The notes under the pieces were generated by a model. The model was not told the DNA's origin. It saw only the letters and a list, made by a program, of their open reading frames with translations, and did not search any database. Shown here piece after piece: positions 35,116 through 48,400 of a DNA stretch of 64,000 nt (position 1 is the first letter of the stretch; every line of letters begins with the position of its first letter). This DNA comes from Lama guanicoe (lineage: Eukaryota): the NCBI GenBank assembly GCA_013239625.1, contig MU054187.1, positions 3,607,757-3,671,756 on the forward strand, read 5' to 3'. The position numbers and the translations under genes were made by a program.

Positions 35116-36452
35116 TTTCAATATAAGTATATAGATATACATACATACTTTTTCTCACATATCCACAGGAAAAGAAAACTCAGGCCAGTATCTCTCATGA
35201 GCAGAGACACAAAAATGCATAACAAAATATTAGCAGATAAAATCCAACGATATATAAAAAAGGATGATCCCTCACAATCACGTAGGACTCATCCCAGGAA
35301 CGCAAGGCTGGTTCAAATTCAAAATCAACCACTGTAAGTCACTATATTAGTAGATTAAATAAGAAAAAAACGTAGGATCATGTCAGTGAATGCAGAACAA
35401 GCATTCAACAAAGTTCAGCATCTAGTCATGATTTAAAGAAAAATCATACAAACTGGGAATAGAAGGGAACTTCCTTAACCTAATGAAAACTATTTATTAA
35501 AAACCTACAACTAACATCATACTTACCAGTGGGAGACTGAGTACTGCCTCCCTAAGATCTAGAATAAGGCAAAGATGTTCCCAATTGCCACTTTTATTCA
35601 ATATCATACCGGACATCCTAGCGCGTGCAGTACGGCAAGAAAAGGAAATAAAAGGCACACAGACTAGAAAGCAAGAAATGAGGTTGTTTTTATTCACAGA
35701 TGATATGATTTTCTATGTAGGAAATCCCCCAAATCTACACACACACACACACAATCTCCTGAAACTAACAAGTGAGTTTAGCAAGGTCACAGGGTACAAG
35801 GTTAATATACAAAAGTCAACTGTATCCTTACACACCACCAATGAACAACTGGAATTCGAAATTTTAAAAAATTGCATTTATAATGACACCAAAAAAAGTA
35901 CTGACAAAATATGTCTGATAAAATATGTGTGCAGAAAACTACTCAGGACCAGTGAACGAGACCGAAGATCTAGATGATTAGATCTATACCCTGGACTCAT
36001 GGATGAGAAGACTCAATATTTGAAACATGTCGGTTTTTTCCCAATTTGATTTATATATTCAACAGAATCTTAATCAAAATCCAAGCACACTTTTTAACAT
36101 ATATCAACAAGCTGATTCTAAAATGTATGCAATCTATACAACATACGCAAAAGCAAAAGGAATAGCCAAGGCAAGTCTGGAAAAGAAAGATGTACTTGGA
36201 AGACTCACATTTCCTGATTTCAAGACTACTACAGTAATTACGACAGCATGACACTAGAAAGATAGGTACGTAGGTCAACAGAACAGAAGAGAGTGGCCAG
36301 AAATAAAGCAAGAGGCCCTGAAACAACTGGATGTCTACATATAAACAAAAGAAGAAAGAGCCTCAACACATGCCTCACACCCTCTACAAAAACCACAGGC
36401 CTGCATGGAACATAGCACAGCAGTATACGACGTCTGGACGGAAGCTAGGAGA

Positions 36453-36530
36453 GGAGGTGGGCAGAGCGCAGTGTTAGAGCCCAAGCTGAGCACGTGTGAG
36501 GTCCTGGGTTCAATCTCCAGTAGCTCCATT
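36453..36530 (+). mobile_element. Degenerate Vic-1-like tRNA-derived SINE head
   Basis: GCAGAGCGCAGTGTTAGAGC...GAGGTCCTGGGTTCAATCTCCAG aligns with the SINE at 32643. Confidence 0.8.
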
Positions 36531-37043
36531 AGAAAGAAAGGAAGAAAGGAAGAAGAGGAAGGAAGGAAGGAAGAGAAGGAAGGAAGGAAAGGAAGGAAGG
36601 GAGGGAAGGAAGGAAGGAAGGGAAGGAAGGAAGGGAGGGAAGGAAGGAAGGGAGGGAAGGAAGGAAGGGAAGGAGGGAAGGAGGGAAGGAAGGAAGGAAG
36701 GGAAGGAAGGAAAGGAAGAAAGGAAGAAGAGGAACGAAGGAAGGAAGAGAAGGAAGAAAGGAAGAAGAGGAAGGAAGGAAGGAAGAGAAGGAAGGAAGGA
36801 AAGGAAGGAAGGAAGGAAAGGAAGGAAGGAAGGAAAGGAAGAAAGGAAGAAGAGGAAGGGAGGAAGGAAGAGAAGGAAGGAAGGAAGGGAAGGAAGGAAA
36901 GGAAGGAAGGAAGAGAAGGAAGGAAAGGAAGGAAGGGAGGGAAGGAAGGAAGGGAAGGAGGGAAGGAAGGAAGGAAGAGAAGGAAGGAAGAGAAGGAAGG
37001 AAGGGAAGGAAGGAGGGAAGGAAGGAAGGAAGGAAGGAAGAAA
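36531..37043 (+). repeat. ~510 bp GA-only (GGAA/GAAG) polypurine tract, expanded SINE tail
   Basis: Purine-only except one C at 36735. Confidence 0.97.
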
Positions 37044-38869
37044 TCCAGGAGAAAATCTGTATGCCCTTTAGTTTGATGGTGTTTTTAACTTTAACCCAAA
37101 AAAGTACAATCCATGAAATAAAAAAATGCCAGTTTTGGACTTTACAAAAATTAAAAACTTTTGCTCTTGAAAGACATGGTTAAAACAACTACAAGACAAG
37201 CCACAGCCTGGGAGAAGAAGAAAACAATCAACCTAATAGAAAATAAAATGTCCAGTTAATGAGTGGGCAAAGGATCTGAACAAGGGTTTTACTAAAGATG
37301 ATACACAGTTGGGAATAAGCATATTAAAAGGTTATCATATCAACTATGCTTCATTAAAAAACAAAATTTTAAAAAATGTAAAAAAAAAAGTTACCAACAT
37401 CATTGTTACTGGGAAATGCTAGTTAAGACAACAATGAGATAGCAGGTAAAACCCCCAAATCCCATAATATCAAAACACGGGGAGCATGTGGGGCAACAGG
37501 ACCTCTTGTTCATTATTCATGGAAATGACAAATACGTACAGCCATTGTGGAAGACAGTGTGAAAGTGTGTTACAGAGGTAATCACAGGCTTATCATATGA
37601 TCTAGTAATCACACAGCATCTTTGCTATCTAGACAGATTACACAGGAAAAAAAAAAAAGGATGACCCTTCATACTGTACAGAGAGGCCACCAACAGTAAA
37701 CCAAGGGAACACGTCCACAGACGTTGAGGAACCTTTCCTAAAGTTTCACAGAGTTCACAGCTTCTTCAGATACAGGTATTATAAAGCAAGGCAAATAAAA
37801 TTCACTTTCCAAGTTTATTACACTCCCAAGGGCAACTAAAACTCAGATGAAACTCTGCAGTCTCGTTGACTTGAAAAGCCAAACAGAGTTTGGAGGAAAA
37901 AATGGCTGGAAAGTGAAGGGCGTGAGAATCACAGACAAGAGGGAGACCCCGAACAGGGGCCAAGTTCTGAATCTGAACTTTGCCCAAATTTCTAACCCCT
38001 GAAATAGCCAGGTGTTGGGCAGACTCCAAGCAGTCCTTCGAGGCTACAAGCACCTCTGTACCAGCTGCAGCCCCCCAGAGGGGGACAAGGCTCAAACAAA
38101 TATACCCAGTACTCTTTAGAGAAACATATCAAAATCACAGAGTTATTGGAGATACAAAGAAACAGAAACATGTGGAGTGTAGACAAGAGAAGATGTGACT
38201 GATAAAGGCTGACCCTGGGAAGGAGACATGGCCAGAACTGGCAGAGAAGGATTTGAAAAGGATGCTCGAGGGAATAAAAGTAAATATATTATGTATTTTG
38301 GAAAGGGATCAACGTAACGTAATATGTACTCACTAGCAAATGATCAATACTGCAGATTTAATCAAGTTATGAGCATTAATGTTCACCACTTCCTTGTTTA
38401 TCGTCCACTTTCCTGAGACGTCCACGTTGATTTCATTTGTGCTTCGCTGGGTTATTTGTATTTTTTTTAAGATAAAAAAATGTAATTTCCTTTCTAAATC
38501 CTGACATGTCAGAACTCATGTTGACTTCACTGACTTCAATTATTCGGGATTTCAGGTCAGTCTCATGTCAGTTCTGATTCTCATTCAAATCGTAGGTTCC
38601 AAAGAATTATGATTTTTTTTTCATTTATCCTCATATTCCCCACGTTTTCTTTACCAAGATTGTGGCTTAACCAAATTCTCCGAGTTATGTCTAGGATACA
38701 GTTCCGTGTCTCGCTGCTAGGATGTTTGGTGTGAAAATACCGGTTATAGTCTCCTGGTCCGGGTGGAACAGACCTTTTGGTCATCCTGTCCGGCACTGTC
38801 TCCCGAACCCTCAGCCTCTACTTTCTTCTCTCCCGTGGACGCCTGGATATTGGCTCTCCTGAAACTATA

Positions 38870-38990
38870 GTGAGGAAGGGCCCAGGCCCTGGCATCAAAT
38901 AACCTGGTTTAAATCCTTTCACTTCCTGTCAAGCCTCAATCTCCCTGGGCCTTAGTTTCTTCATCTCTAAGACGAGGCTGGTAACAGGAC
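38870..38990 (+). mobile_element. MIR SINE fragment
   Basis: ACCTGGTTTAAATCC...CTCCCTGGGCCTTAGTTTCTTCATCTCTAA. Confidence 0.6.
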
Positions 38991-41339
38991 GGACAATGGG
39001 GGCAAAGACAACATGGTTTTCGTTTTCTTCCTGGAATTTCAAATTTTAAGGTAAAGCGTGAGACTTTTAAGAAGTTGCTGCTAGTAGCCTTGAACATTAA
39101 ATGATGCCTCCTCCTTCCAGTAGGGCTGGGAAAGTTCTCCAGTGGGAAAACTTCAGACCCCTGCGAGCAGAAGGAACCTGGGATCGTGTCGGGAGACCTG
39201 GGCCCTGGACACAGCCTTCACCACCTGGGCTCACCCGTAAAAGTGGGGGGATAACTTCAAAGGCCTGTTTTAAAATTTGGTTTTGATTTTTTTTAATGGA
39301 TTTTCACTATCTGTGTAGAATAAGCAAACAAAAAGGTTCCCCTTCAGTGGCTTTTTACTCACTGGCCTAATTGCTAAGGAAAAAAAGGCAAATTAAAATT
39401 TGAATTAAGACCTAAGGAGATTTCAAAATGATTCCTGTTATGAGAACTTTTCACGGTACTTGATGAAATAAAATCTGAACAATCCCAGCTCTTGATGCCT
39501 GTATCTAAATAGTCACTCAGCTTCCAGAGAGCTGAAACAGAGCTCAAGACTCTACGGTTAGAGCTTCTGAAGTACAAAGCCATGAGAATTAGAATTCTCA
39601 AAGGGTCTCTGGTGGTCCACTGCCGCGAAAGCACTTCAAGCGGTTCACTTGGGAGACGCAGAGCTCTGTTGTAGAGTCTGCTCACTTTGATGCAGGAGGA
39701 CAGAGCAAAGCACGAGTTTTAAGGACGGTCATATAACCTTTCTGTAACACATATACTTCCCTATGGAACAAAGATAACTCATGTTAAAATTATCATACGC
39801 GTATTTTTTCCCCAGGGTCAAAAAGAGTACTTTGAAAGAGTATTTCTTTTAAACGATGTGTCCGAATTATTAAGATGGTTGAGAAAGGTAAGAGCCATCA
39901 TCAGCCTTCAGGCAACGATTTGGTGTTGATTATCTGCCGTGTGCAGGGAGCTACGCGGACAGGCCTTTGCCCCTTTCAAGGGCTTAGAAGAATTTAAAAA
40001 ACATACACATCCCTGAGACGATCTAAGAAAAGTCCACAGGGAAAATAAGACACTTTTCAGTGGGTGAGACGAGGGAAGGCGTTGTGAGTGGAAGAGCTGT
40101 CATCAAGAAAGGGCTGGAGGTTTTGGCACATGGAGTTCACGGGCAGGAGCAGAGACAGCCGGCATTCCAGGGGCAAAGAGCAGGACACGGGGATGGATAA
40201 CCACGGGGAACAGTGACTCCGCGTGAAAATGACAAGGAGGGAGCCGAGGAAGAGGCAGACACTGTGGAGAACAGAAGAGGATTTTCAGGGTCCTTTAATC
40301 GCTGACGAGTACTAACTTGAAGCTCTGTTAGTAAATGTACAATTTAGGAGTAACCACGGAAACATTCTGTGACAGATTTTATGACAGAAAATACAAGTCA
40401 GTGCATTTTACTCCTGCAGAAGGTAATGCGACATAGAAAACTGGGGCTGAGCTCTTCTCACCTGCCTGGAGCCTCTGAAAAAAATGGTCTTCAGGATGCA
40501 TCTAAGGGTGTATATTTGTTTGCCACGGATCACCATTCATTCTGGGGTGGGAAAAGCTGACACAGCTTAAAATCTTAAATAGGGCATGGCTTAGGCTGTT
40601 AACCTACTTACACAATGAACATTCCTAGGGCATGAAAATCTGGTTACAGGAGCCTTCTTAGAAATGTCATCAGGTGTGTGTGTGGATACTAATAACAGAT
40701 CAATTATGTGTTTTTAGAAACAGAGCAGTTTACCAACATCATTCAAGTAAGACTACCAATTACACAAATGACACTTTGAAAGGGGACCCCAAGAAAAAGA
40801 TTAAAGTTCTCTCACTACAGACAGAATAAACCAAAAGTTAAACCTTTGCAAAAATTCTAAACAGGAAACTTCCCAGCTGATGTGAGGAGCCAGTACATTT
40901 CTGACTCCCATCTCCCCCAGAAGCTCAAGACCTTGACTAAGTTATCACTGTAAATGAACGATGTTTTCAAGAAAGATTCCATTCACAGAAGTTTCCACTT
41001 CTGCATTTATCATAAACATTGGTTTACATGTCAAGTATGCCTCTATTCAGTAAAGCAAGATTAGCCTATTTACTTTTTTTTTTTTAAGGAAAATGTGTTC
41101 ATTAGGAGAAAATCATTTTCATCTGCACTAATGGCAGCCAAAGTAAGAGTGTAGAAAAGGAGTCTGAAAACGCCGTTATAGGTACAATCTCCATTGAGTG
41201 CTGTGCGTTTTAATTCTTTTCTAAAGCAGTCAGGACCTGGGGATTTATGTCTCTGCTGAAAACAATGTATCCGAGAGAAAGATGTCTCCACTTTCTTCAA
41301 GGTAACACCAGCACCTCTAAAGAATGGCAGTTGGAACTA

Positions 41340-41720
41340 GCTGTAGAAACTGAAGCAATAGGGTATATATATATAATAGAGACAGAGGTTTATTTTAAGA
41401 AATTGGCTCCCATGATTGTGCAGGTTGACAAGTCCACAGTCTGCAGGGCAGGCCAGCAGGCTGGAGACCCAGGGGAGAGTCGATGTTGCAGCTCTAGTCG
41501 GAAGGCTTTTGCTTGGGAGTTAAGCCTCCAACTGATTAGGCGAGGCCCACCCACATTAGGGAGGGCAGTTTGTTTCATTTAAAGTCAACTGATTATAAAC
41601 GTGAATCACATCTAAAAAAAATACCTCCACAGCAACATCCTGACCCGTGTTTGACTAGACTAGGCATCTAGTCTGGGTATTGTGGTCTAGCCAGGTTGAC
41701 ACAGACAATTAACCATCACA
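41340..41720 (-). mobile_element. MLT2 (ERVL) solo LTR
   Basis: Reverse complement begins TGTGATGGTTAATTGTCTGTGTCAACCTGGCTAG; internal GAGGCCCACCCACATT and GGCAGGCCAGCAGGCTGGAGACCCAGG. Confidence 0.85.
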
Positions 41721-42829
41721 CTAGCCAAGAGTCAAACAGCTTCAGAGTAGATTTATTACTGACCTCTGTTGAATTGAATGTCATTTTGTTTTAGCTTTAG
41801 GCTGAAACTGCCAATATTTGAGCACTTTTGATCTAGGAAAAAGGCTAACTGGGTATAACGCAACACAGCATTTACACTTTCCCACAGCGGCAACGATGCT
41901 GCCTTCTTCACTCTGATGCTTGATCTGGACACAACCTTCTGTTTATCAAGCTGGCTTCTCTGGAACAGCCCTAGGACTCAGCATGAAGGAGTGTCTAAGC
42001 CTTTTGCTTAAGAAATGCTCAATTAAGGAAAAGAGGCAGCAAAACTCAAGCTATCTACAGCCAGACTGAACTTTTTTCGCCCCTTAATGGGAAACCATCA
42101 GTACCAAAGTTTCAGTTCACAATAACACGAAGGAAAAAGTCTTTGAGCCCCATGGGTCTATGGCGCAACAGGCAAACTGCATTTCTAATTATGTGTCCAT
42201 AGAGATTATACCTTAAGTGAATTAATCCCAAACATACTTTTTTCAGAGTATTCTAATGATAAAAGCAAGAGCAGTTTCCTTCTAGAAACAGTCCTTGAAA
42301 TATTTCATATGTGTGAACTTAAATAAAAAATGTACTTAGCCTTAATGCTAAGAGTTAACAAAGAAATGCTTTCAGATTTGCTGGAATTAAGCATGTGAAA
42401 AGAAAAACCGCCCCATTTGGGGTCACCAGGCATCTTTACCCCTCTGAAGGAGGTACTATGAGATACAAATATGTATGTATCTTCAGTGGGTTCCTGGACT
42501 GATTGTTAACTGAATTTTCAGAATTAACTCTCTTTGGAAGCTGAGTTATGAACTGTTGCACTGCTGAGCTTTAGATGAAATGATACACACGTGCTCATCA
42601 TTTTGGTCCCGATGAATTGCCAAGGGCGGGTTTTTAGCAAAATTCTTAACAAGTAGCCCCCACAGGGAACTTCTAAATGGATAATTTCCAGGACTGACAG
42701 ACCGTAAATGCTAAAGGAATGCTTGATGCCAATCTTATCTCACGTGAACAAGAAACATGATCAATTTACACATTCTAATAGCCTTCTTGGAATTCTTTCT
42801 GGAATTCTCACCTGGATTAAAGTTTTGAT

Positions 42830-45800
42830 GCATGATGTTTTGACTTTTTTTATTTACAGTTTCTGTCCTTCCTTTAAAGGTACAAAAGTTTTAAAACAAA
42901 ACAAAAGAAACCCTAGAACTTTACATTTCATTTCAACAACAAAGTATTGTCCTAGAGCAAGCTATTAGAATCTTATTTTTATCAAATGAGAAAATCTTTA
43001 AAATTCAAAAGGAAGAAAAAAAATGTTATACCAAATAGAAATTTATCATCTATTAAAATTTCAGGAAGAGCTACATGATCTAAAGCCGTTCTATAATTTT
43101 ATTCATATACTTTGTGGAGTTCACATCTCTTTTTCTTACAGCAAACATAACACTGTAGGCCACCGGAAGCTGCAGTACTACTGTTAAATTAGCAGCACGT
43201 TAATATTTTCTATCTGGGTAACTGGACAATAAATAGCCTGCTTCTTTGGATGTGGATGCTTTTTAAAATGTTGTCTCACTGCAGCTTCATACTGTGATTG
43301 CTATTTTACAGAGCTTATACACACACAAAAAAATACGATCTTTGTCTATATTTTATACAAATACAACAGTAGTTTGTGAATACATTTTAAGTACATGATA
43401 TACATGATAAGCCACTTGATTTCCCAATATCACAGAATAGCGATTTTTAAATGCAATAAAAATATACAAAATTCAGCCTGGAATGCAGAGTTTTTCTTTT
43501 CTATTTTGACTCAAAAACTTTATCATTAGAACATTTTTTTTTTAGAGTATTAGTCCAAACACGTTTTCATCAGCTCAAAATACAATTCCAGCAGTCCAGC
43601 TTATGTGGGGGCAGGATGCAATGCGTTTCCGAATGGACTCCCAGTTTTTGTTAAATTCAAAGGGCTGCTAGTCACGTAGAGCACGCTCTCCACTCCACAC
43701 CACAGCAGAAAGCCCACGTTCTAGTCTGAGTTACAGTCACCTCGTGCACAAAAGCTGGGTTTGTTCTGGTAACATTTGCACACGTCCAAGATTTCCTTTT
43801 GCAAGTGCACGTGAATACATTGTGGTTGGTGGTGTAAAAGTCTGTTAAGGACAAATGAAGTCACAGTATAAAAATATATTGTACACCTTGACACCTAATG
43901 TAGTCCTTTTTGTTTTTCCTATGGATAAAAAAATATGACTGAACGAGACAGAGAAGTTTGTAGCACCATGAAGAGTTGTATCCCAAGTCACATTAGCAGC
44001 ATGATCCGACACAATATTGAAGGAGTGTTTCTGAGAAGATACACATTCATTCTGGTTCGTCTGTACCACTGGAGCTTATACAATGGAGTGTTTTATACAT
44101 TAGCAACAGTTCTGTCATTTCTAAGCTAGGGAACTCATCAAAAGACACTGCCTTCCATCCTCAGTGGGTCGGTAACGTCGTAGGAGGGCCTAGGGGTGAG
44201 CTCAGCGTGCCCTGACCGCTGCGGGGAGGATCACTTTGATTGCTATGATCCCAAAGGAGCTCTGCGTGGCTCTTCAGCACAGAACTGCACAGCACAACTT
44301 ACGCGGATCTAGGGACTCACGACAGACCATCTCGTGTTGTGGCAGGGCCGCTGGTGCAGCGGCAGAACTAAGACGAGGTCAGGGCAGGCGCTCGCTCCTC
44401 AGAGAGGACAGCCTGCCGCCGCTGTAGGAACACTCACTACTGAAAAGGGCTCCTCCAATGTCACGCGGATCTCAGTAGGCTAGAAGCAACTTGGGCGAAC
44501 TGGTATTTCTTAATTTACATACTGGGAAGACAGTGTGTTTTGAGACACGTAAACCTTGTAAAAAAATAAACCATTGTAAAACCTTATGAAAAAGACACAC
44601 ACTGATTCTGTGCAATATAGCAAATTGATAAGAAAACACTGTAAAAATGTACCTGTTTAAAATACCATCTACCATTTTTGAACACAAAGCATTATATAGC
44701 AAAGGCCTACATATATATCATCTAATGGCACTTGAAACAAATTTATAATAAGTCTTAAAATAAAAGGCATAACCTATAAGAAAGTTTCTGTAAAGGTTTA
44801 GATTCATTTTGAAAGTGCTATATCTTGTAATATGTGTAGTATAGAGGTTGACCAAGCTCTATGTTTTAAAAAAATATTGGCCTATATATGTGTATTGCTT
44901 ACTAGACGAATGATCCTGAAAATACGTACTCTTTTAACATTCATTATTAGCTTAATAAAGCAATCTGCTCTGGCTCATGTTTCAGTCAGTATATGGTTTT
45001 TAAAAACCGCTACTGTCCAAATTAACACAATAGATCACTATATTCCACAAGTGACTACGAATAATAACGCACAAGCCACAAACAGGCAAAAATACATCGC
45101 TTGGAAGAAACACTAAATGAAATGAGAAAGTTGCACAAAGGGTGGTGCCTGATCAGCGGGACAAATGAAGTTTTGGTGATAGGATTCTAGGATGCAAACT
45201 GTAACAGTGACCGATAACCATAAAGATGATATTTGCACACATCAACGGGTAATATTGCTTACGGTTCCAAGAACCTTCCACACTCCTTGCTTCCAGGTCT
45301 GGTCATCTGATTTGCACAAACACGTGGAAGGGCCAACTGAATGAGGTTCAATATCTTGTCTGAGGTCAAAATTCTAAACTGAAATATTTTTACTTAATGA
45401 TAATCCCTTTTTTTTTTAAATTTTAACCAAGCAAAGGCACTACTAGAAATGTCAAGGATGATGATCCTGGCCACTGGAGCATGAAAACAGCATTGGCAAT
45501 AATTATTTTTAATCACATCCAGTTGACATAAAAGTAAATGTCAATTTTTTTTTCTAGAAAAAAAAAAAAAGAGCCAGTTCGGTGTTACAGCCTTGTGAGA
45601 CCGTTGTGCAATTAAAGTAAGTGAGTCTGCCTCATGTTTAATAGAGATTCTCTCAAAAAGAGTTTAGTGACCACTACAGTCAATTTTAAAAACAAATTAA
45701 CTGAATTCCCTCTTACTTGGAAGTGTTATTTCAAGTCTGTGGGGGCAGCAACAGGCAAAGGGGTGTATATATGAAAACTAAGTCCACAATTTCAGCATTG

Positions 45801-48400
45801 GTGCCCTGGGAGATGCGCTCCAGTGTCAACTCCGTGCCGGGCGAGAAGTAGGTTAAAAATACATATACCTACGTGGCGCCATTCCCCATTTCCAAAATGC
45901 TCTATTTAATAAATCCTGGGACTCCCTTTAAATTTTTTTTTTTATTAGCAGTGAAGTACAACCTACTGAGGCCAACATCTCAGTTTACGAGTTTGACTTT
46001 TAGCAAATTTTAGACAAAATAAAGTAGTGCTTCCACACTTGTGTTTGTGATTTCTATTTAAAAATAGGTTTTCTATTTATTTGTGCTCTGTCACCAAATT
46101 TCTTTTTCCTTTTTTTTTTAAAAATGGTGATTAAAGCAATATTGAACACTAATCATTCAACTAATGATTTAAGTAAGCAATCTGTTTCATAGAAACTAAA
46201 GGAAGCAGTAATAAAGCAGAGCTAAAAGCCTACTTTCAGAGCAAATATTCTCCTAATCAAAAGCTTAGGAGCAGTTTGAAAAATTTTTAAATGTATTTCC
46301 TTATTAACATATATAATTTTAATGCCTTTGGAACACACTTTTTTTTAATAAAATGTAACTTTTAATAATAAATTTTAAATACATACGTATAAAAACTACT
46401 GCTCCTAGGATTTAGGAAAAAAAAATAGGAGCATGATAAAATATCAGAAGCCAAAGCTCCTTTAGAGAGCAACTTTGATTCTATGAAGTGCAGTATGTGT
46501 GTGTATATATATATATAATATATATAGTGAAACCCCATTTACATTATTACAATTTACATTTTTCCACAAATTATACTACTCCCCAATATTTTAAATAACG
46601 TATTATATTCAGTAATCTGCACTCATTTTTAGAAATTCTTGGTAAACATCGAAATCTGCAGTGAGAACTGGCCCTACAGAAGGGAAGAGCTTCCGCATAG
46701 GGCTGATGAGTGCTCAGAAATATTTCTCTCTTTTTTTAAGAGATATAGACTCTTCGATAAACCTCCCCCCTCATACCCGCCCCAACAGACAGGGTCCCCA
46801 AACAAGGTGTTAACAAGTGCTTTAACAGATATGTTTCTTAGGTTGATGTCCCAACCGATTATTAGAAAAAAGCAGTTATTTGACCCTTGAGAAGATGCGC
46901 TGGTTGTGTAACATGAGGAAAGCCGGCGTAGCCACCACACTCACTGAACACAAGGTTTCTGCCTGTTATTTTCACATTAACTAAGCTAGTGCTTGCTTTG
47001 CTGTACTTTTCTCACTCTCTGAATTCCGCTTCTCTGCAACGGCCCTCCCGTTTCCCAGAGACGTGTAAAAGTGGGGTTTTACTGTATATATTTTTAGTCG
47101 CTCAAAACTTTGTGGTCATTCCTCAAATAGTTTTCGAGTGCATTTAACTTTAAAGTCTCTGTCCGAAATAGCAAAGAAAGATGAATTCACACTGAATGAG
47201 AAAGATCCCACGGGGCCAGGGCTGTTGTTTTGATTTCTGCTTTTGGCTCTTAGGGAAAGAAAACTGTATCGAATTCGGCAAGAAGTGATGTAAGTGATAC
47301 GCTTTCACTTGACTCCTGAAGGGTCTCGTTTCAACCCTGGTGACAGGGGACATGATCCCCAGACAAGTTCCCAGGCGGAGCCGCGGGCCTCACATCCAAC
47401 TACCCATCTCCCTGCCTGGGGTCTCTCAGCGCCACCTCCCCGGCCCTCAGGGACAGACACACCTAACGTCTGTGCCCCAGCGGCGGGCTCTGGGCTCTGG
47501 ACCGACTGTGGACTGACAACCCAAGGGAAACTGCTGGCTGTGCTTGACCTGCCCTCGCCACGAAAGGTGGAACAGGTTAAAGAGCTCCATCTGGAGACTG
47601 AAGACTCTGACGCCACACGCTATTAGTATTATCAAACGGGAAGAGAGCAAGCTAGGAAGTATGAGACGTGGCGAATCTCCCATGTACTGACTTAAGGCCA
47701 ACTACGAAGTAACACGGAAAGCCGTGTCACCTTGCTAGGAGTCTCTTTTTTGCTATAAATACTGGTGCTTTGTGTTTAGGTTTCGTTTCTCTCATACATG
47801 CATAATAAAGACGGCAAATAACGTGAGCCAGGCAACAGCAAGTCTTCAAAATATGCTGACCTGAAATTATAGTGTAGCTAAGAAACATTGGTTACATCCC
47901 CAACCTGGATTCCTAATTCATTTGAAGCAGTTGATTATTAATCCATTTAGAGGCTAGTAGAAATTTTAAAAACTCTCAGGTTATTCACATACATTTTAGA
48001 AAATTTACATTCTATTGCAAAATTTTTTAATGAGCCAAATGTCAAAAGCTAGCGCCACTGCTAGTGGACCAAAAAAAAAAATTTAAGATCTAAAAGTAAT
48101 TTGAACAAGGGATTTGTAAGACTTTTACTACTCATAATGGCTTTCCTATGTGAGAAACCATCTTCAAATGTGACAATTGGCAGTGAATCAGGACAAAATA
48201 CCCAGGTAAACATAACTGAACACAAACGGTTCCCAAGCTCATTTGGAAAGCTAGTGTCTACGTGATACTGGCTTAATGAAGACTGGTGCTATACAGAAGC
48301 AGAAACTTTCGTACTGTCTTAAAGTAGGCACTAAAAGAAACACGGTCACCTAAGGCAGGGCTACACATACGTTTCTGTAACAGATCCGCGCCTCGGAGTC
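42830..48400 (-). other. PLAG1: PLAG1 3' UTR (~5.5 kb)
   Basis: AT-rich stretch with no recognisable repeats between the stop codon and the AATAAA signals; contains miR-181 and miR-15/16/107 seed matches. The 3' end is inferred. Confidence 0.7.
42849..42854 (-). terminator. PLAG1: Probable distal PLAG1 polyadenylation signal (a second AATAAA lies at 43098-43103)
   Basis: TTTATT on +, ~5.5 kb downstream of the stop codon, in line with the long PLAG1 3' UTR. Confidence 0.6.

Larger units (their letters stand above)
35165..37615 (+). mobile_element. L1 ORF2 reverse-transcriptase to C-terminal fragment, interrupted by a SINE
   Basis: ORF 35585-35977 reads PLLFNII...LARAVRQEKEIKG...LFTDDMI...FSKVTGYKVNIQKS (L1 RT core with FADD decayed to FTDD); stops and frameshifts elsewhere. 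Confidence 0.92.

Noticed and set aside
35585..35977. Functional reverse transcriptase
   Set aside because: Fragment of a dead L1 ORF2 with stops, frameshifts and a CA-repeat insertion.
36405..37076. 223-aa and 191-aa K/E/R/G-rich ORFs
   Set aside because: Artefacts of a purine-only repeat that cannot encode stop codons.
45545..45566. T9-CTAG-A9 palindrome in the PLAG1 3' UTR
   Set aside because: Two adjacent homopolymers; low complexity and easily produced by slippage.
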